DNA of 64,000 bases, from contig NC_045696.1 of assembly GCF_009834535.1 (NCBI RefSeq), forward strand, positions 15,564,001-15,628,000, read 5' to 3'. Source of the DNA: Camelus ferus. Taxonomy: Eukaryota. Below the pieces are notes generated by a model that saw only the letters and a list, made by a program, of their open reading frames with translations, was not told where the DNA came from and made no database searches. Both the position numbers and the translations under genes were made by a program. The stretch's first letter is position 1. The number at the start of each line of letters is the position of its first letter. Shown here piece by piece: positions 1 through 12,419 of this stretch.

Positions 1-1289
1 GGGATCACCTTGAACTGGCCTGAAGGAGGTTTGCAAAAACAAAGTTGTCCTACGTAGACATCTACAAATTTCTTCTCCATGCAGAGATATAAACAGATCT
101 AAAACAGTAAGCTGTGATTTTTCTGTGTAAGTAAACATTCTGGACCTGTTTGGCTCAGAATTTCAAGAGTATTACTACATTGATTTGGCATAAGAGGTGC
201 AGAGCTTAAACGTAAATGTGTGTGGAGACTGGAGTTTGAGTAGCAAATTATTCTGACAACCTGAACTATGGACAGGTGTGGATGGCTATGGACAATGGAG
301 TTAAGATAAAGATGCATCGTACTTAGCAATGGTTACTTCTGGTTTATTAATCCTAGCCTAAACTGAATTTACCTCTTGATTTGGATAGATCCCGGAGGAG
401 GTCCGGTCTCTGTGGGAAGTTGGCATGAGGCTTATAAGGGCTCCCTATGATGAAAAATCACCCAGAGAGAAAAGTTAAAGCATATGAAGTTGGTCCAAGA
501 AAGTTGTCCCAAGAACTGAAGGGAGAGGGAATTTGAATATGGCAGGCACTCTGTTACTTGTATGTTCCATGGCCAAGTCTTGTGCAATGGTACTGGCACT
601 CTATAGAGTGGCCCAGACTAGAAATGGAAAGAAAATTTCCAACCAGACCTCTGCAAGGAGAGTACAAAAAAGGATGACATGACCTATGGAACTCAGAGGT
701 GAGGAGAGGGACGCTCACCACTTCTGATAGGTCTTCACCACACAGACTCCAGAGGAAGACTGTTACCATCAGCTGGACCATGGTTTGGATGCTGTGGGAC
801 CAATTCTACAGAGAAGCGGCCCAAGGCAATCTTGCCAATGGCAGCAGCAACAAGAAATAATAGGTTATAGTGGTTACATATAGATTATTATTGTATTGTA
901 ATTGTAGCACTTTTAGAAACATCTAACACCTCGACCCCCGATTACTATGTGAAGCTGAGGAGGAAAGGAGAATGGTCATGCGTGGTCATGCATGTTATAA
1001 ATCAGAGCTGAGTCTGTGAATACGCACAAGACTTCCTCTGGAGACTTGCAGAAATATTTAGGAGGCATGATGAAGGTTCTTGTAAGTCTGGATTAGAATG
1101 TGGGGGAGAAGTCAGAGAAAAACTCAGGGAGACTTAATCGTGACTCATATTTTTGTTCTAAAACCTGTGTGGTCTGAGGAAACACATGTTATATCCATAA
1201 AGAGCTGCCTACTGTTGGTCAGAGGCCTAAGTGGCAAATATTATGAGCTGGTTCATTTAACTCTTATTTCTAATCCATTCATTCCTGTT

Positions 1290-1700
1290 TACCAAATTTT
1301 AAGATAAAGTTCTCATTTTTGCTTGCTGTTAGGGGGTGACCTTGTGAAACAGTTTTGGTCTACGTGACACAGAATTCTTCTAAAGTGAGAACTAAAAAAT
1401 TGTATGAGAATTAAAAAATTGTATGTAGGTGCTTTATACTTGCTCTCATCTTTCTGTCTGGAACGAGGATGTGATGGCCGGCATTGACAAAGTTATTTTG
1501 TGCCCATGAGGTCAAATGTGGTACAAGACAATTGAAGGAGCCTGGTTCCTCAGTGGCATGGTTGACACTTACAAAAGCACTGGACTCTCAGTTCCTGGAC
1601 TTTTGGGCATATGAGAAAATCTTTTACTTATTTAAGCCACCCACTATTTGGTGTTTTTTTATTTTATTTTATTTTTTGGTCCATTTGTAGACTACTGGAT
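1290..1700 (+). mobile_element. Old MaLR LTR remnant (MLT1J/K/L-like)
   Basis: Contains MLT1-type segments 'gaaggagcctggttcctcagtggcatgg' and a 3' end 'cttatttaagccacccactatttggtgttt'. Highly diverged; boundaries approximate. Confidence 0.55.
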
Positions 1701-4130
1701 TCTAAATGCATATGTCTGGAACATATTCTACTATTCTAAATAAGCTATGTCCTCTTCCTTAGCTGATATAAACCTAAATCTTCTGTTTTTCAATTGGTCA
1801 CAGAATGACCTAAAAAAAAGAGCACCCAGTATTTGTTCAATCACCCCGTGGCACAGGACAAAGATGAAATACTCATTATTACTTGGGATCTCTGGAAGAG
1901 GACATGTTAATTTGAAAGACAGAACACCGTATTTGCATGTATTGCCTTTTATTATTTTTTCTTTTTATAGCAGAGCAATAGACATGGGGATAAAAATATT
2001 CTAACATATGAATTGATTGACACTTGATAAATATTATGTTTCGTCCCTTATCTGTCATAAACAAGAAGAAGAGAATCAAAATTCCATAGCTCTAGTGATA
2101 CTAAATTAGAAATATCAAAAAAAGAAATGTTTTAATAACCCAGTTGTCAGTTCTCATTTGCCAGCAACTTTGTGCTTTCACATTCCTTGTACTGTATTGA
2201 ACGTCAAAGTTGTTTATGTACACGTACGCATGAGAATATGTAGATATCTGTGTAAAAAGCCCCAGAAATCAAGCATAGAGAAAAATGGTAAGCTCAGTTT
2301 GGGGCCACCGGTCTGCAGTTTGGCAAATAGGTCACATCCAAGCTGGAGTGGAAGCTTTTCCAGTTTATATAATTATCTCCAAGGAGGAAGGTTTTTTGTT
2401 TTTCACTTTCCCCCTTCCCTGTCCCTGGGCCTAATGGGCTTAAAAGGGGGCAGCAGTTTTCAGACAAGTGTGTTACGCAGAAAAATAAAATAAAATTTAT
2501 TGCCGTCCTATTTTTTTAAATTTCAGTGAAGCCATCAAATACCCCTTCAGTGGAGATAAAAGCAAGAGAGAGGTGAAAGGAAAGAGGACAGCGCGTCCAA
2601 GAGGAGTGAGCGTGACTCTGCAGTGGAAACAGCGTCTGCACCTTGTATGCGCCACACACTCTGATTAGGATAATACGCTCCAGATGGCCACTCCGAGAAG
2701 ATTCCTTTCATGAGGAAAGTTCTGGGTGGGGTGGGTTATTGTGATCAATGGAATAAACTGCAGCTGGATGAACTCTAGGTTACCTTTTAGAGAACTGCTA
2801 AATTAATGATGATTACATGGATTCTGACCAATCTCCCAGGAATTTTTCTAAGATGGCTGGTGAAAAGAAGAAGAAGAAAAAAAAGGGTTTAGGGGCTAGA
2901 TCTTTTCATAGCCAGGAAGAACATCCTCTTAGAGGCCACTGGACCTCGAGGAGGATTTGAGACAGTGGGGCTGGCAGGCAGTGCTGAATTTTTAGCAGGT
3001 AATCCCCAGGACAGCTGTCCAGGTGGTTTCCAGCCAGCACTGATGCCGACTGGCTGAGGCACACCCTGTACCAAGTGATAAATATTTTGAAGTCACACCC
3101 CCGTTTGCTGGCAGGAGTTGTTGGCATTAATTAGAATCCCTTGACAGGCAAAAGGTTGAGTCAACGGACCAAAGACATCTAAGATGCGGTGGGAATGGGA
3201 AATGACTTCCATCCATCAAATGCTCATAGATCACTTACTGTGCACTCAGCTCTATAGCAGGTGCCGGATATTCAGTCGATAATACCTCATTTTGTTTGAC
3301 TCGAGAGCTTACGCTCGCTAATGCCAGACCCACTCGCGTGCACGCCAAAGTTGTTTCCCTGAGTGAATGTGAATCGGTTCATTCACTTGGTATTTATGTA
3401 TTGAGCCCTCCCTATTTGTCTGATAGTCAGTCAACGACCAGAGTTGAATGAATTAGCTGTGCCATGACTGCGTGCATTAATTCTTTTAAGCCATTACGTT
3501 CTAGAATACTCGGCAACAATTTGCTTAACTCAGTTGAGAGCTTAAGTCCCAGGAGCGCAGCCTCCTACCAAGAGGAAGAAAGCCAAAATGCTACAGGCAC
3601 AATTTTCCACCTGGGAGTCTGTGAAGAGACTTTGGGTACCATCAAAGGGATGCTCTTGATGTGGTCACTTTGGAGAAGAAGTGCCGTAAATGCCATACGT
3701 AATATCAAAGGAAAGAATAAATTCTGAAAACTGCAGGGTAGGGGAATCTGAGAAACTGTATTTGCAGATGATTAAAAAAATAATTGGCCAGAACATACCC
3801 CTCCAAAAATCATTATTCACCTTTGCATGTATGGTTTGTTTCTTCTGAGATATTCTTTGCTAAGTCAGGGGAAGACATTTGCAGGAAAGGGTGAAACAGT
3901 GAGATAAAACAAGGCAGGGAAGGAGATGAAAGGGCCACCAGGCAGTATTACAAAAGCAACTTCTAAAGTACATTCACAGATGAATGGAGGCAGGTGCACA
4001 ATGCTTTCTGCTGCTGCTAATCCCAACTGCACTTTATCAAATTAAGAAATGTTAATTGGCTTCAGAAGAAAACAAAAAATTTCCTCCCAATTCACAAAGG
4101 AGCGAGTGAGTGAGTTAAGCTAAAGCTGGA

Positions 4131-4200
4131 AGGCGGAGGAGGAGGGGCGGAGGAGGGAGGCAGGGTGGGAATAAAGGCAGAGGGAGTAGGGAGGGCGGGG
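4131..4200 (+). promoter_or_regulatory. G-rich segment with Sp/KLF GC boxes and two tandem G-quadruplex motifs
   Basis: GGGGCGG at 4144-4150 and GGGCGGGG at 4193-4200. G3+ tracts with loops of 7 nt or less at 4144-4169 and 4182-4200. Function not demonstrated. Confidence 0.4.
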
Positions 4201-4284
4201 CACAGCTTAGGGATAGATGTCCCAAATATTATTGTTGATACAGTTGTGGAGTTTTATAAATATTCTAAGAGTTCTTTTTTTCCT

Positions 4285-4615
4285 AAAGAAAGGCAGACTG
4301 CCACGCGCAACACCTCATTTAAATGTGTCTGGAGTCTCGGAAGCTTGACTACCCTACGTTCTCCTACAAATGGACCTTGAGAGCTTGTTTGGATGTTCTA
4401 GCATGGAGCTCAGCTCCTCGTATACCCTTGACCTTGACTGAAGAACAGTCCTCCTCTATTGGGGAAGGACTTCCTCTTCCATCGAGTGCGCAGGTTAGGG
4501 AGGGATGCATTTGCAGTTGTGGAGGGGGGACCCCTGCCTAGCCAGCCAGATCAGCCAGATCAACCCTGGCGATCAATGGGGTGACAGAAAGCACAGTCAG
4601 ATAGCCCTCACATGC
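4285..4615 (-). pseudogene. RN7SK (pseudogene copy): 7SK snRNA processed pseudogene, near full length
   Basis: Reverse complement reads GCATGTGAGGGCTATCTGACTG...CACCCCATTGATCGCCAGGGTTGAT...CCAAACAAGCTCTCAAGGTCCATTTGTAGGAGAACGTAGGGTAGTCAAGCTTCC...GTGGCAGTCTGCCTTTCTTT, colinear with 7SK end to end. It has a short A tail, a degenerate 15-bp TSD (4264-4278 / 4616-4630), many substitutions and indels, and no TATA at -25/-30. Confidence 0.95.
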
Positions 4616-7600
4616 TCCAAGACATCTTTTGGACTCCAGAATTCAAGTGGTGCCATGCCAAACGGAGAACTGTATAAGATATTCAGCAATTCGGCATATT
4701 TGTTTGATTCAAACATGAATAATAATGTTAATAATTCCAAACATAAAAACAAAAATTATTGTATCAAAGCTCAAATTACATTGCCAATTATATAGTACAT
4801 GGTATTTCATTGCAATAAAAAAATGATATCCCCTCAAGAGGAATCTTTGTACTTAATGGCTACATACTCACAAATCTCTGTTTCCCACAGAATTACATAG
4901 GGATCTGTGACTGGGTATTCACAGTATACAAGATCTGGCTGATTGGTGATTGATTCAACTTCTTAGTTTTCATTCTAATGGTTATCGTGTTAAGTATGAT
5001 CAACTCGAGACAACAAATGTATCTGAGAGATTAAAAACTATGGAATATTCACCAAAGATTAGATCAACATGTATTCCCTCCATGGTTCCTGACTCAAAAT
5101 GTCATGTATCCGGTGTTAACAGATGAATTTCTATTGGAAATATTGATTCTTTAGAAAATTCAGTTGATGAGCAAATATCGATGAGCAAATAATATGAAAT
5201 AGCAAAGCTTGTGATGTGGATTACCTGAGAGAGGTGATTATCAAAAACATGTTTGATTTCCTGGTGAAATCATCATCAAACCAAAGTTTCTATGATTCCG
5301 TGATACTGACTGCCTGGGCATATAAGGGTCAAAAAATTAAAAAAAAACAAAAACGCATACTTCTTGAGGGATTCATTCAGCTCCTTAGAAAGGTAAGTAC
5401 AGTGACAGTGTCTAAAAAGTCACTTGAAATAGATCATTCTTGTTCCCATTTGCTTAAATAAATAAGCCTGGTTTAAAGTCTATGATTTTGCACATGTTGG
5501 TATTTCTGCTCACTTACTATTGAGAACAACAGACAGAAATAATAAAGACTAAGAAGCTCAGTGTAAGTCTCCTCTCCAGTAACTTTTTTTATATTTCTGG
5601 CTTAAGTATACATTCGTTTGCTTGATTTAAACGAGTCTTTAACATCTTAGATGTAGCTAACTAGCGTGAAATGTACAGCACACACCCAGCAAGCAAAGAC
5701 AGATGTGAATGCAGGAAAAACCCTTTCATGGGTCTCATAAAAGCTCTCAAGTTGCAGCCGACAGTATTTTCTCCTTAAAAGGTATCAGAAGTTACAATCA
5801 CAGAAGTCTGCATAGTGGAAAGTTGCGTAATTCTCCCCACCAGCACTTGTAGAAAATTCCCATCATTTTCTTTCTCTTTCGATAACCTCTAGTTTGCCAA
5901 TGCATTCAGTTTCAATTGAGATTTTTTTTTCCCTTGTACTATTTCAAATCAGGAATTGAGCATGGAGAGAACAAATATCTTAAAATTTGGGGCCGTGACG
6001 TTTTCTTTTTAAAAGCTCTGTTACTAGGACAGAACGTGTGAATGGTAACAAATCACGGGACATTTCCAATATGCCCTGAGGCTGTGGTGATGGGACACGA
6101 AGTTAATCATGTAACTGCTTTTAATTTGAGGTAATTGCATCCTCGTTTCACAGTAGTTTTCTTCTGAAGTCTCTCTCCCTGGCTCGCAGCAGATATTGTG
6201 ATGTTTGAAACGCGCAGTGCTTCTCCAGGGCTCTGTCATGAGAAGGCCACTGATGAGAAAACAGAATTTGAACAGAGCGTGGGACCCTGACCTGGCTGTG
6301 GACTTATCTGGCCATTTGCGCAGATCCATTTTCGATGGATTATAAAACTAGATGATATTCAGTAAACTCCCCAATTTGCATTTTCTCTTTCTCAGTCTTC
6401 TGGAAACTTTCCAGATGGATTACAATGAAAGTAACATCCTGCATGATCACGTGATCCTGGAGGCCGAGGAAGACAGGAAGGATAGATCACAGAGTGGATC
6501 CGGAGCCCTTTACAAAAGTGAATTCATCCAACACGCACACTCAAGTCCTAATAAAAAATGCAGGATCTTACCTGTCCTATTTTCATAATCCTCAAATACT
6601 GTAAAATCATGGCTTTTCTACAAACTGTGTTCATCCTTTCCAACTAGGTCACTCGGAAACCAAGCTGTAAGAAGACAATTGATGGTTATCTAACTTTCTC
6701 TATCTCCCTCATTTTATCTGTTCCTGATACCATGAGTCTAGTGAAAGAAGATGGATTTTAAGTCATAAAATGAATAGACAAAGACATAGCATCTGCTCAT
6801 GTCCAGCTCAGGGAATTTAAGCAGATGGGTTTGGGTGTAAGGGGAGGGACGTGACAAGTGATGGAGTAAAGCTTGAGCCTGGGAAAGAGAGACATGGGAA
6901 CTCTTTCAAGTGGAGCAGCAAAATGTGCATGCCAAAGCCACGAACTGGCTCAGCTCACAACCTGCGTGCAGTGCAGTGTAGAGAGCGTACCTGCATATCT
7001 CCATACAGCACATCACCCACCCCCCGCCCACTTGTAGACGTCCACGGGGTGGGCTGTCCCAGAGTTTGGAAGAGGCTCTTAAAGAGTAGCCGGAGTCCTT
7101 CTAGTCTGAGATCTGATGGGGGATGGGCTACCTGGGATGGAGGGCGGCACCTTCCACGGAGGGGACTGCATGTTCTCTCCTGATGCTTTTCTCAGAAACA
7201 GACGGAAGAGTAAACAGTAAGACTCTCCGGACTCTGGGTTGGAGGTGTTTCTAAAGGTGAGCACAGAGCAAGAAGGAAGTGGTTCTTTATTCAGCCTCTG
7301 GAGAAGAATATCATCTCGTCTACTTCTCTCATCAGTTGATTGATTTCTTTCATGTGAGACACATAGGTCCTTGCTTTAAATATGGCCCTCGCCCCATCCC
7401 TTTTCCTGGTACCTTCTTTTCCCACGTGACTTATAATAGAGGACCACTGATGGAGTAGGACTATCACAAGGACAATTTTCCAAGGTCAGACAACCACAGA
7501 AGCCTCCTGGGCTGTCTTCAGGTTCTGCCTTGTCTATTTCTGAATCATCCTTTGTCACGTGATACGTGGTTTAGCAGCAGCAGTTGTGACTGTCCACAGC

Positions 7601-8155
7601 GTGAGAGCTGAGTGGACAGAAGAGAATTCACCATGATAGCGAGTAAGTAAGTGTAATGCCATGACAATAACTCAAGGGAGGAATCCAAGTAATTGGCAGC
7701 ATCATTCACTCAACCCCACGTGAAAGCTGCCTGTGCCAAACGTAGAAACGAAGAAGGAAGATCTTCGGCATTGCCAATCGCAATACCCTAAAGTTTTCAG
7801 GCTTAATCTTTGGTGAATCATTGACTCTTTTTTGAACAGAATGAAAACAATGAACCCTCTCCCCTCCCCACCAAACACACAGACACACAGACATGCACAA
7901 TTTTTCACGCACTTGCCAGGAAGTCCCAGACTCCCGGAGCCACTGCACACGCCCTAGGTTAAGAACCCTTCTCTAGAGAAGCCTTCGTAAAGCCTCTTCT
8001 GGTATATTTATAATAGTTGCTTTGTTTGAGAGAGGATGATGTCAGAGCTCTTAGCTTTGAACGATTGTCAGAACTTGAAACTTCCTTTTGCAGAGTGGCC
8101 TTTTTATGCCAAGCACTTGATAAATATTTGTTGAGTGACTGAAAAAACAAACCAG

Positions 8156-8308
8156 GGAACGTACAATATCGAGATCTCATAATTGTATGTATCTACTCTG
8201 TACCAAAGGCTGGTTTCATTTGCTATATGTTTTGGAACGTGTAATATCTAGGTCTCATAGTTGTATCTACTCTGTATCAGAAATGAGTTTACTTTGCTGT
8301 ACCTTTGG
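8156..8308. repeat. Degenerate tandem duplication, two copies of about 75-78 bp
   Basis: ggaacgtacaatatcgagatctcataattgtatgtatctactctgtacc... (8156) versus ggaacgtgtaatatctaggtctcatagttgtatctactctgtatc... (8234). Confidence 0.8.
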
Positions 8309-8487
8309 GACTGGGGTAGTGGCACAGTTCTGTGACGCTGCCAACTCCAGGAGGGCAGAGACTTGCTCACCATAAAGCCTATAGTGTTAAACAGGGGAAT
8401 GGATGGATGAAAACAGATGGGACAGTTAATATGATAAGAATATATTCACATTTTTCATTCAGATTTATAATTGTTAACACTTCTCAC

Positions 8488-9329
8488 TGTGGTAAGCAGA
8501 ATAATGCACTCCCTCCCAAAGACGCCCATATCCTAAATCTGAAGATGTGACTATGTTACCTGACAAGCATAAAGGGGTTTTCCAGATGTGATCAAGGTTA
8601 CAGGACTTGAGCGTGTCCTGGAGTAACCACGTGCACCCAGCATAATCACACTAGTCCTTAAAAACCACAGAACCGCTACCAGCTGTGGTCAGATAAATAT
8701 GTGACAATGGAAGAAGGTTCAGAAAGATGCAGTGTTGCTGGCTTTGAAGATGAAGAAGGGAGCCTTGAGCTAAGGGATGCAGGTGGTCTCCAGAGCTGAA
8801 AAAGGCAAAGACATGGTGTATTGCAAGTGATCAAGGCCTGGCAGATTCACCTGGGACTAGGGCAGAACAAAGAACCCTGGTGGAGCCACAGTTATCTCTG
8901 ACACGCCTTTACTGCGGAGGAGCACACAGGCTGCGATGGGGGCAGCAGCGGGAAGTCCAGTCCGCCTTAGATATCAAGGCTGACAAAGCCGGCATCTAGC
9001 CGGCTATGACCTATGGGCTAACCTTTGTGCTTGCAAGGTACAAGCCATCATTATACACTAGTACGTGGGTACCGCGCATGCGGGATAATACAGCTGAGTC
9101 ACTGAGCACCAGATGTCCAGCAAGGGAGGCTGTGTAACTCCATTTTCCCCACACATGGGTTTCTCCTTAACGCCTCCCAAAGGAAATGCAGCCCTGCTAA
9201 CGCCTTGACCTTAGCCCAATGACATTCCTATCAGACTTCAGACCTATAAAAATGTAAGATAGCAAATTTGTGTGGTTTTAAGCAGCCAAGTTTGTGGTCA
9301 TTTGTTATAGCGGCAATAGGAAACCAACA
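8488..9329 (+). mobile_element. MaLR LTR (MLT1D-like), interrupted at 8817-9153
   Basis: Starts tgtggtaagcagaataatg, contains gctggctttgaagatgaagaaggg, ends tttaagcagccaagtttgtggtcatttgttatagcggcaataggaaaccaaca. Confidence 0.85.
8817..9153 (-). mobile_element. Solo LTR (337 bp) of unrecognised family, ERVL/MaLR-class by TSD length
   Basis: TG...CA termini and a perfect 5-bp TSD catgg (8812-8816 / 9154-9158). It cleanly splits the host MLT1 LTR. Strand is inferred from a minus-strand AGTAAA polyA-like signal near 8907-8912. Confidence 0.85.
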
Positions 9330-9369
9330 AGGTCCCCAATAATGGCAGGTGATGTTTCTTGGGGACTGG

Positions 9370-9515
9370 CACTCTTCTAAGTACTTTACATGGATTAAAT
9401 CAATCTTCGTTAATCCTTTCAGGCAGTTACTAATATTAATAACACTGAGCAGAGGAGCAAATGGAAGAGACTTGCCCACGGTCATCCAAACCCGGCCAGT
9501 CTGACTCTGGGTATC
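9370..9515 (-). mobile_element. MIR SINE remnant
   Basis: ctaagtactttacatggatta...gacttgcccacggtca...aaacccggccagtctgactc. Confidence 0.65.
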
Positions 9516-11171
9516 ACATACTTCACAGGCAATCCTGCAGGGAAGACGGTGGTGGCTCAGGCTGGAGAGCTAATGGACACGGGGAAAGTGCATGGATTGC
9601 AGTTTTTAAAACTTTACTGTGGAGGGTGTGTCTGTGGGCAAGCGTGAGTGGGTCTGTGTGTCTGTGTTTGTATGAACTGTGTGTCTAACTGTGTAGCTGT
9701 CTAAACATCTGTGGGTAGGTCTGTGTCATTTTAAGGTTGGTACTAAGCACACAGAAAGTGTCAGCTTATAATGCTTAAGGAAATGGCTTATGGATTTCCA
9801 AGTCATTATTTCTTAAAATAGGATAGCGTATCCCTACCACTCCCTCTTCCAGGCAGTGGAGAGAGCACATTTTGGTAGCAACTGGCCTACAAGAATAAAA
9901 AAAAATTATCAAGGAAAAGGGAAATCATCAGGCTTTTCAGGGTTTAAAACCACCCCTCCCCCTGCTTTTTACATTTTTAACAGAATCTCTAAGGTGGCGT
10001 TTCAAACACGAGTTTACAGTTTGGAGTAGTTGGAGTAAGTTGCACTGTGTATGTAGATTCATATTCCAACTCAGGGTAAAGGCAGAATGGAAGGTATCAC
10101 CAGTATTTACCACGCGTCTTGCCTGGAAAAGACCTTTGCTTCCAGCGCCTGGAGTCCTTTCTCAAACTGCTGTGTAATTTCATGTTCTCAGTCCTGGTCA
10201 AAGGAAGGAAAGTACGGCCACCACCAGCCCCAGACCAGTGAGTGGATGAGTACCTGTCAGGGCACATTTGTGACTTTTTTCTTCTTAAAATTTGGAACTG
10301 TTCTAAGGAAGGACTTGGGTCAAAGAAAGGACATCTTCTGATTAGTTTGGGAGAAGGAAAGCTGTCACTTTTCAATGTGATCACGTGAAAGCATTGAATA
10401 CATGTCAGTGGAAGAAAACATTTGCACTCATGATGTGATTTCTTCTTTGTGCAAACTCCAGAATCTCTTTCTGACATAATTTCATGGGGATACTCTGAAA
10501 CAAGTGGAAATCTATGCTGTATTTATTTATACAGGAAAATGTCAAAATATTCTATAATCTTTAACATGTACACTCAATAGATAAATAGAAAGAGATGGCT
10601 GGAATATATTGCAGATTATTTTATTAAAAACACAAATGTCCTTCAGAGTATAGCTTGCAAATGATTTATTTGAGTGAATGAGAAACATATGTCTTTGTTC
10701 AGAATTCTTCAATTAGGGACACCATGTGTTTCAAAGATTGAGGAATCAGTTTGATAAGCAATTCCTAGAAAAGTTAGAGACTAATTTCTGGATATTGCTC
10801 ATCACCTCATATTAGTTTCCGTCTTTCCTACGTGAACACTGTTTTCTTTTTAAAGTTTCCCAAAGAAAGGAAAACAAACAATAGTAGGAACCGGTAATAT
10901 GAGTCAAATTAGGGCTTAATCCAACAGTTTTCCTACATTCTCAGGAACAACTGGGTCGCCATAAGCCTCTCTCCTACGTAAATAAGTCTTGCTGGACAAG
11001 GTTTATAGCATCAAAAGAATGAGTCACTGTTTATTTATGTGCTCTTTCTAGCTATCTCTAGAGAAAGAATTCTTTTGGCAGGCTTCCCACTATTTTTCCA
11101 TAACCCTCTCCACCACCCTCCTCCAACACTGCACACTAGCACGCACGCCAGGACGTTGTGCCGAGCGCGGC

Positions 11172-11600
11172 AAGCCAAACACAAAGACAAATACTGGATG
11201 ATATCACTCACATGAGGAATCTAAGAAAGGTGAACTTGTAAAAACAGAGTAGAATGATGGTTACCAGGGACTGGGGATGGGTTGGGAAGAGGACAGATGT
11301 TGTTACAGGGAACAGACTTGTAACTAGAGGATAAATGAGTCCTGGATATCTAATACCCAGTAAAATTATAGACAACAACACTGTGTTATAAACTTCAAAT
11401 GTGCTAAGAGACTAGAGCTGAATTATTCCCACCACAAAAAAGGAAGTGACCGTTAGGTGACATGCTAGAGGTGGTAGCTCGGGCTATCATGGCAACCATA
11501 TTACTGTAACAAATGCATACAATCCACGTGGGTGTACCTTGAACTTACACAATGTTATATATCAAGTAATTTTCAAAAAAACCAACTAACAAACAAAAAA
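11172..11600 (+). mobile_element. L1 3' UTR fragment (L1MA-like)
   Basis: acaaagacaaatactggatgatatcactc...gagtagaatgatggttaccaggg...ccttgaacttacacaatgttatat, followed by an A-rich tail. Confidence 0.85.
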
Positions 11601-11736
11601 CCAGTGGCCTCTGTATATTCCTGCCCAGCCATGTTTCCTGTGCCAGCTTCTGGGTCATTACACCATCTCCCTCGTCTTTGTGGCTATTACTTCATAAAGA
11701 GGTGACTCTCAATCTATGATTCCTTTCTAAACACTT

Positions 11737-11828
11737 TCTATTTTTTATTTCATTCTTTAAATTCTATTTTTTATTGAAGTGTAGTTGATTTACAATGTTG
11801 GTATCAGGTGTAGAGTAAAGCAATTCAG

Positions 11829-11874
<46 letters not shown>

Positions 11875-12008
11875 TATTTTTTTTTTTCTTTTCAGATTCT
11901 TTTCCATCATATGTTATTATAAGAAATAAAACTTGGCTTCCTATGCTATACAGGAGGTCTTTGTGGTTAATCTACTTTATATATAGCAATGTGTATATGA
12001 TCAAGTCA
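11737..12008 (-). mobile_element. 5'-truncated lineage L1 3' end containing (TA)n
   Basis: ttttattgaagtgtagttgatttacaatgtt 3'-end signature. Perfect 13-bp TSD tttctaaacactt (11724-11736 / 12009-12021). (TA)n at about 11830-11876. Confidence 0.9.
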
Positions 12009-12419
12009 TTTCTAAACACTTGTAAATGCTTAAAAATAATTCAATGACAGCTTTTAAAATAATTTTTTTTTCCTTACAAGAAGGTTTTCATCTCCCCAAG
12101 GTCCTGAGACCCATTGCATGGTTGAGATGCTGGATAGAAGTTTTGGAAGAGTTCCTGCTCCTCCCAATCATGAGACATTAGTGGAGAAACATGTCTCCCC
12201 AAAGGACAGTTCTTTTGAGAAGCAAACCATCTTCTTGAACTAAACTTTGGGATGGTCCCTCACGGAACAGTGAGAGAGAAAGTCAGTGCCCCTGTAGCCT
12301 CACATAGCCTTATTAGGTGAGTGTACTCCAGAGAAGGACTGACAGATGCACTCCCAAATGATCCTCATCTCTCCAACCCCAATCCCTTTTTCCTGACATT
12401 TACTTAAACAGTTCTAGAC

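Noticed and set aside
1..880. Possible ancient LTR (Gypsy-like) remnant
   Set aside because: Only compositional resemblance; no terminus, TSD or motif I can confirm.
1386..1423. 19-bp tandem duplication (similar short ones near 5167 and 18985)
   Set aside because: Ordinary slippage duplications with two copies and no spacers; not CRISPR-like or otherwise structured.
4285..4615. Functional 7SK gene
   Set aside because: It has a TSD, an A tail, indels, altered 5' motifs and no TATA at the expected upstream position.
6380..6525. Possible plus-strand coding exon (MDYNESNILHDHVILEAEEDRK...) after a pyrimidine-rich acceptor
   Set aside because: The donor is weak (AAA|GTGAAT) and the peptide is unrecognised; insufficient support.
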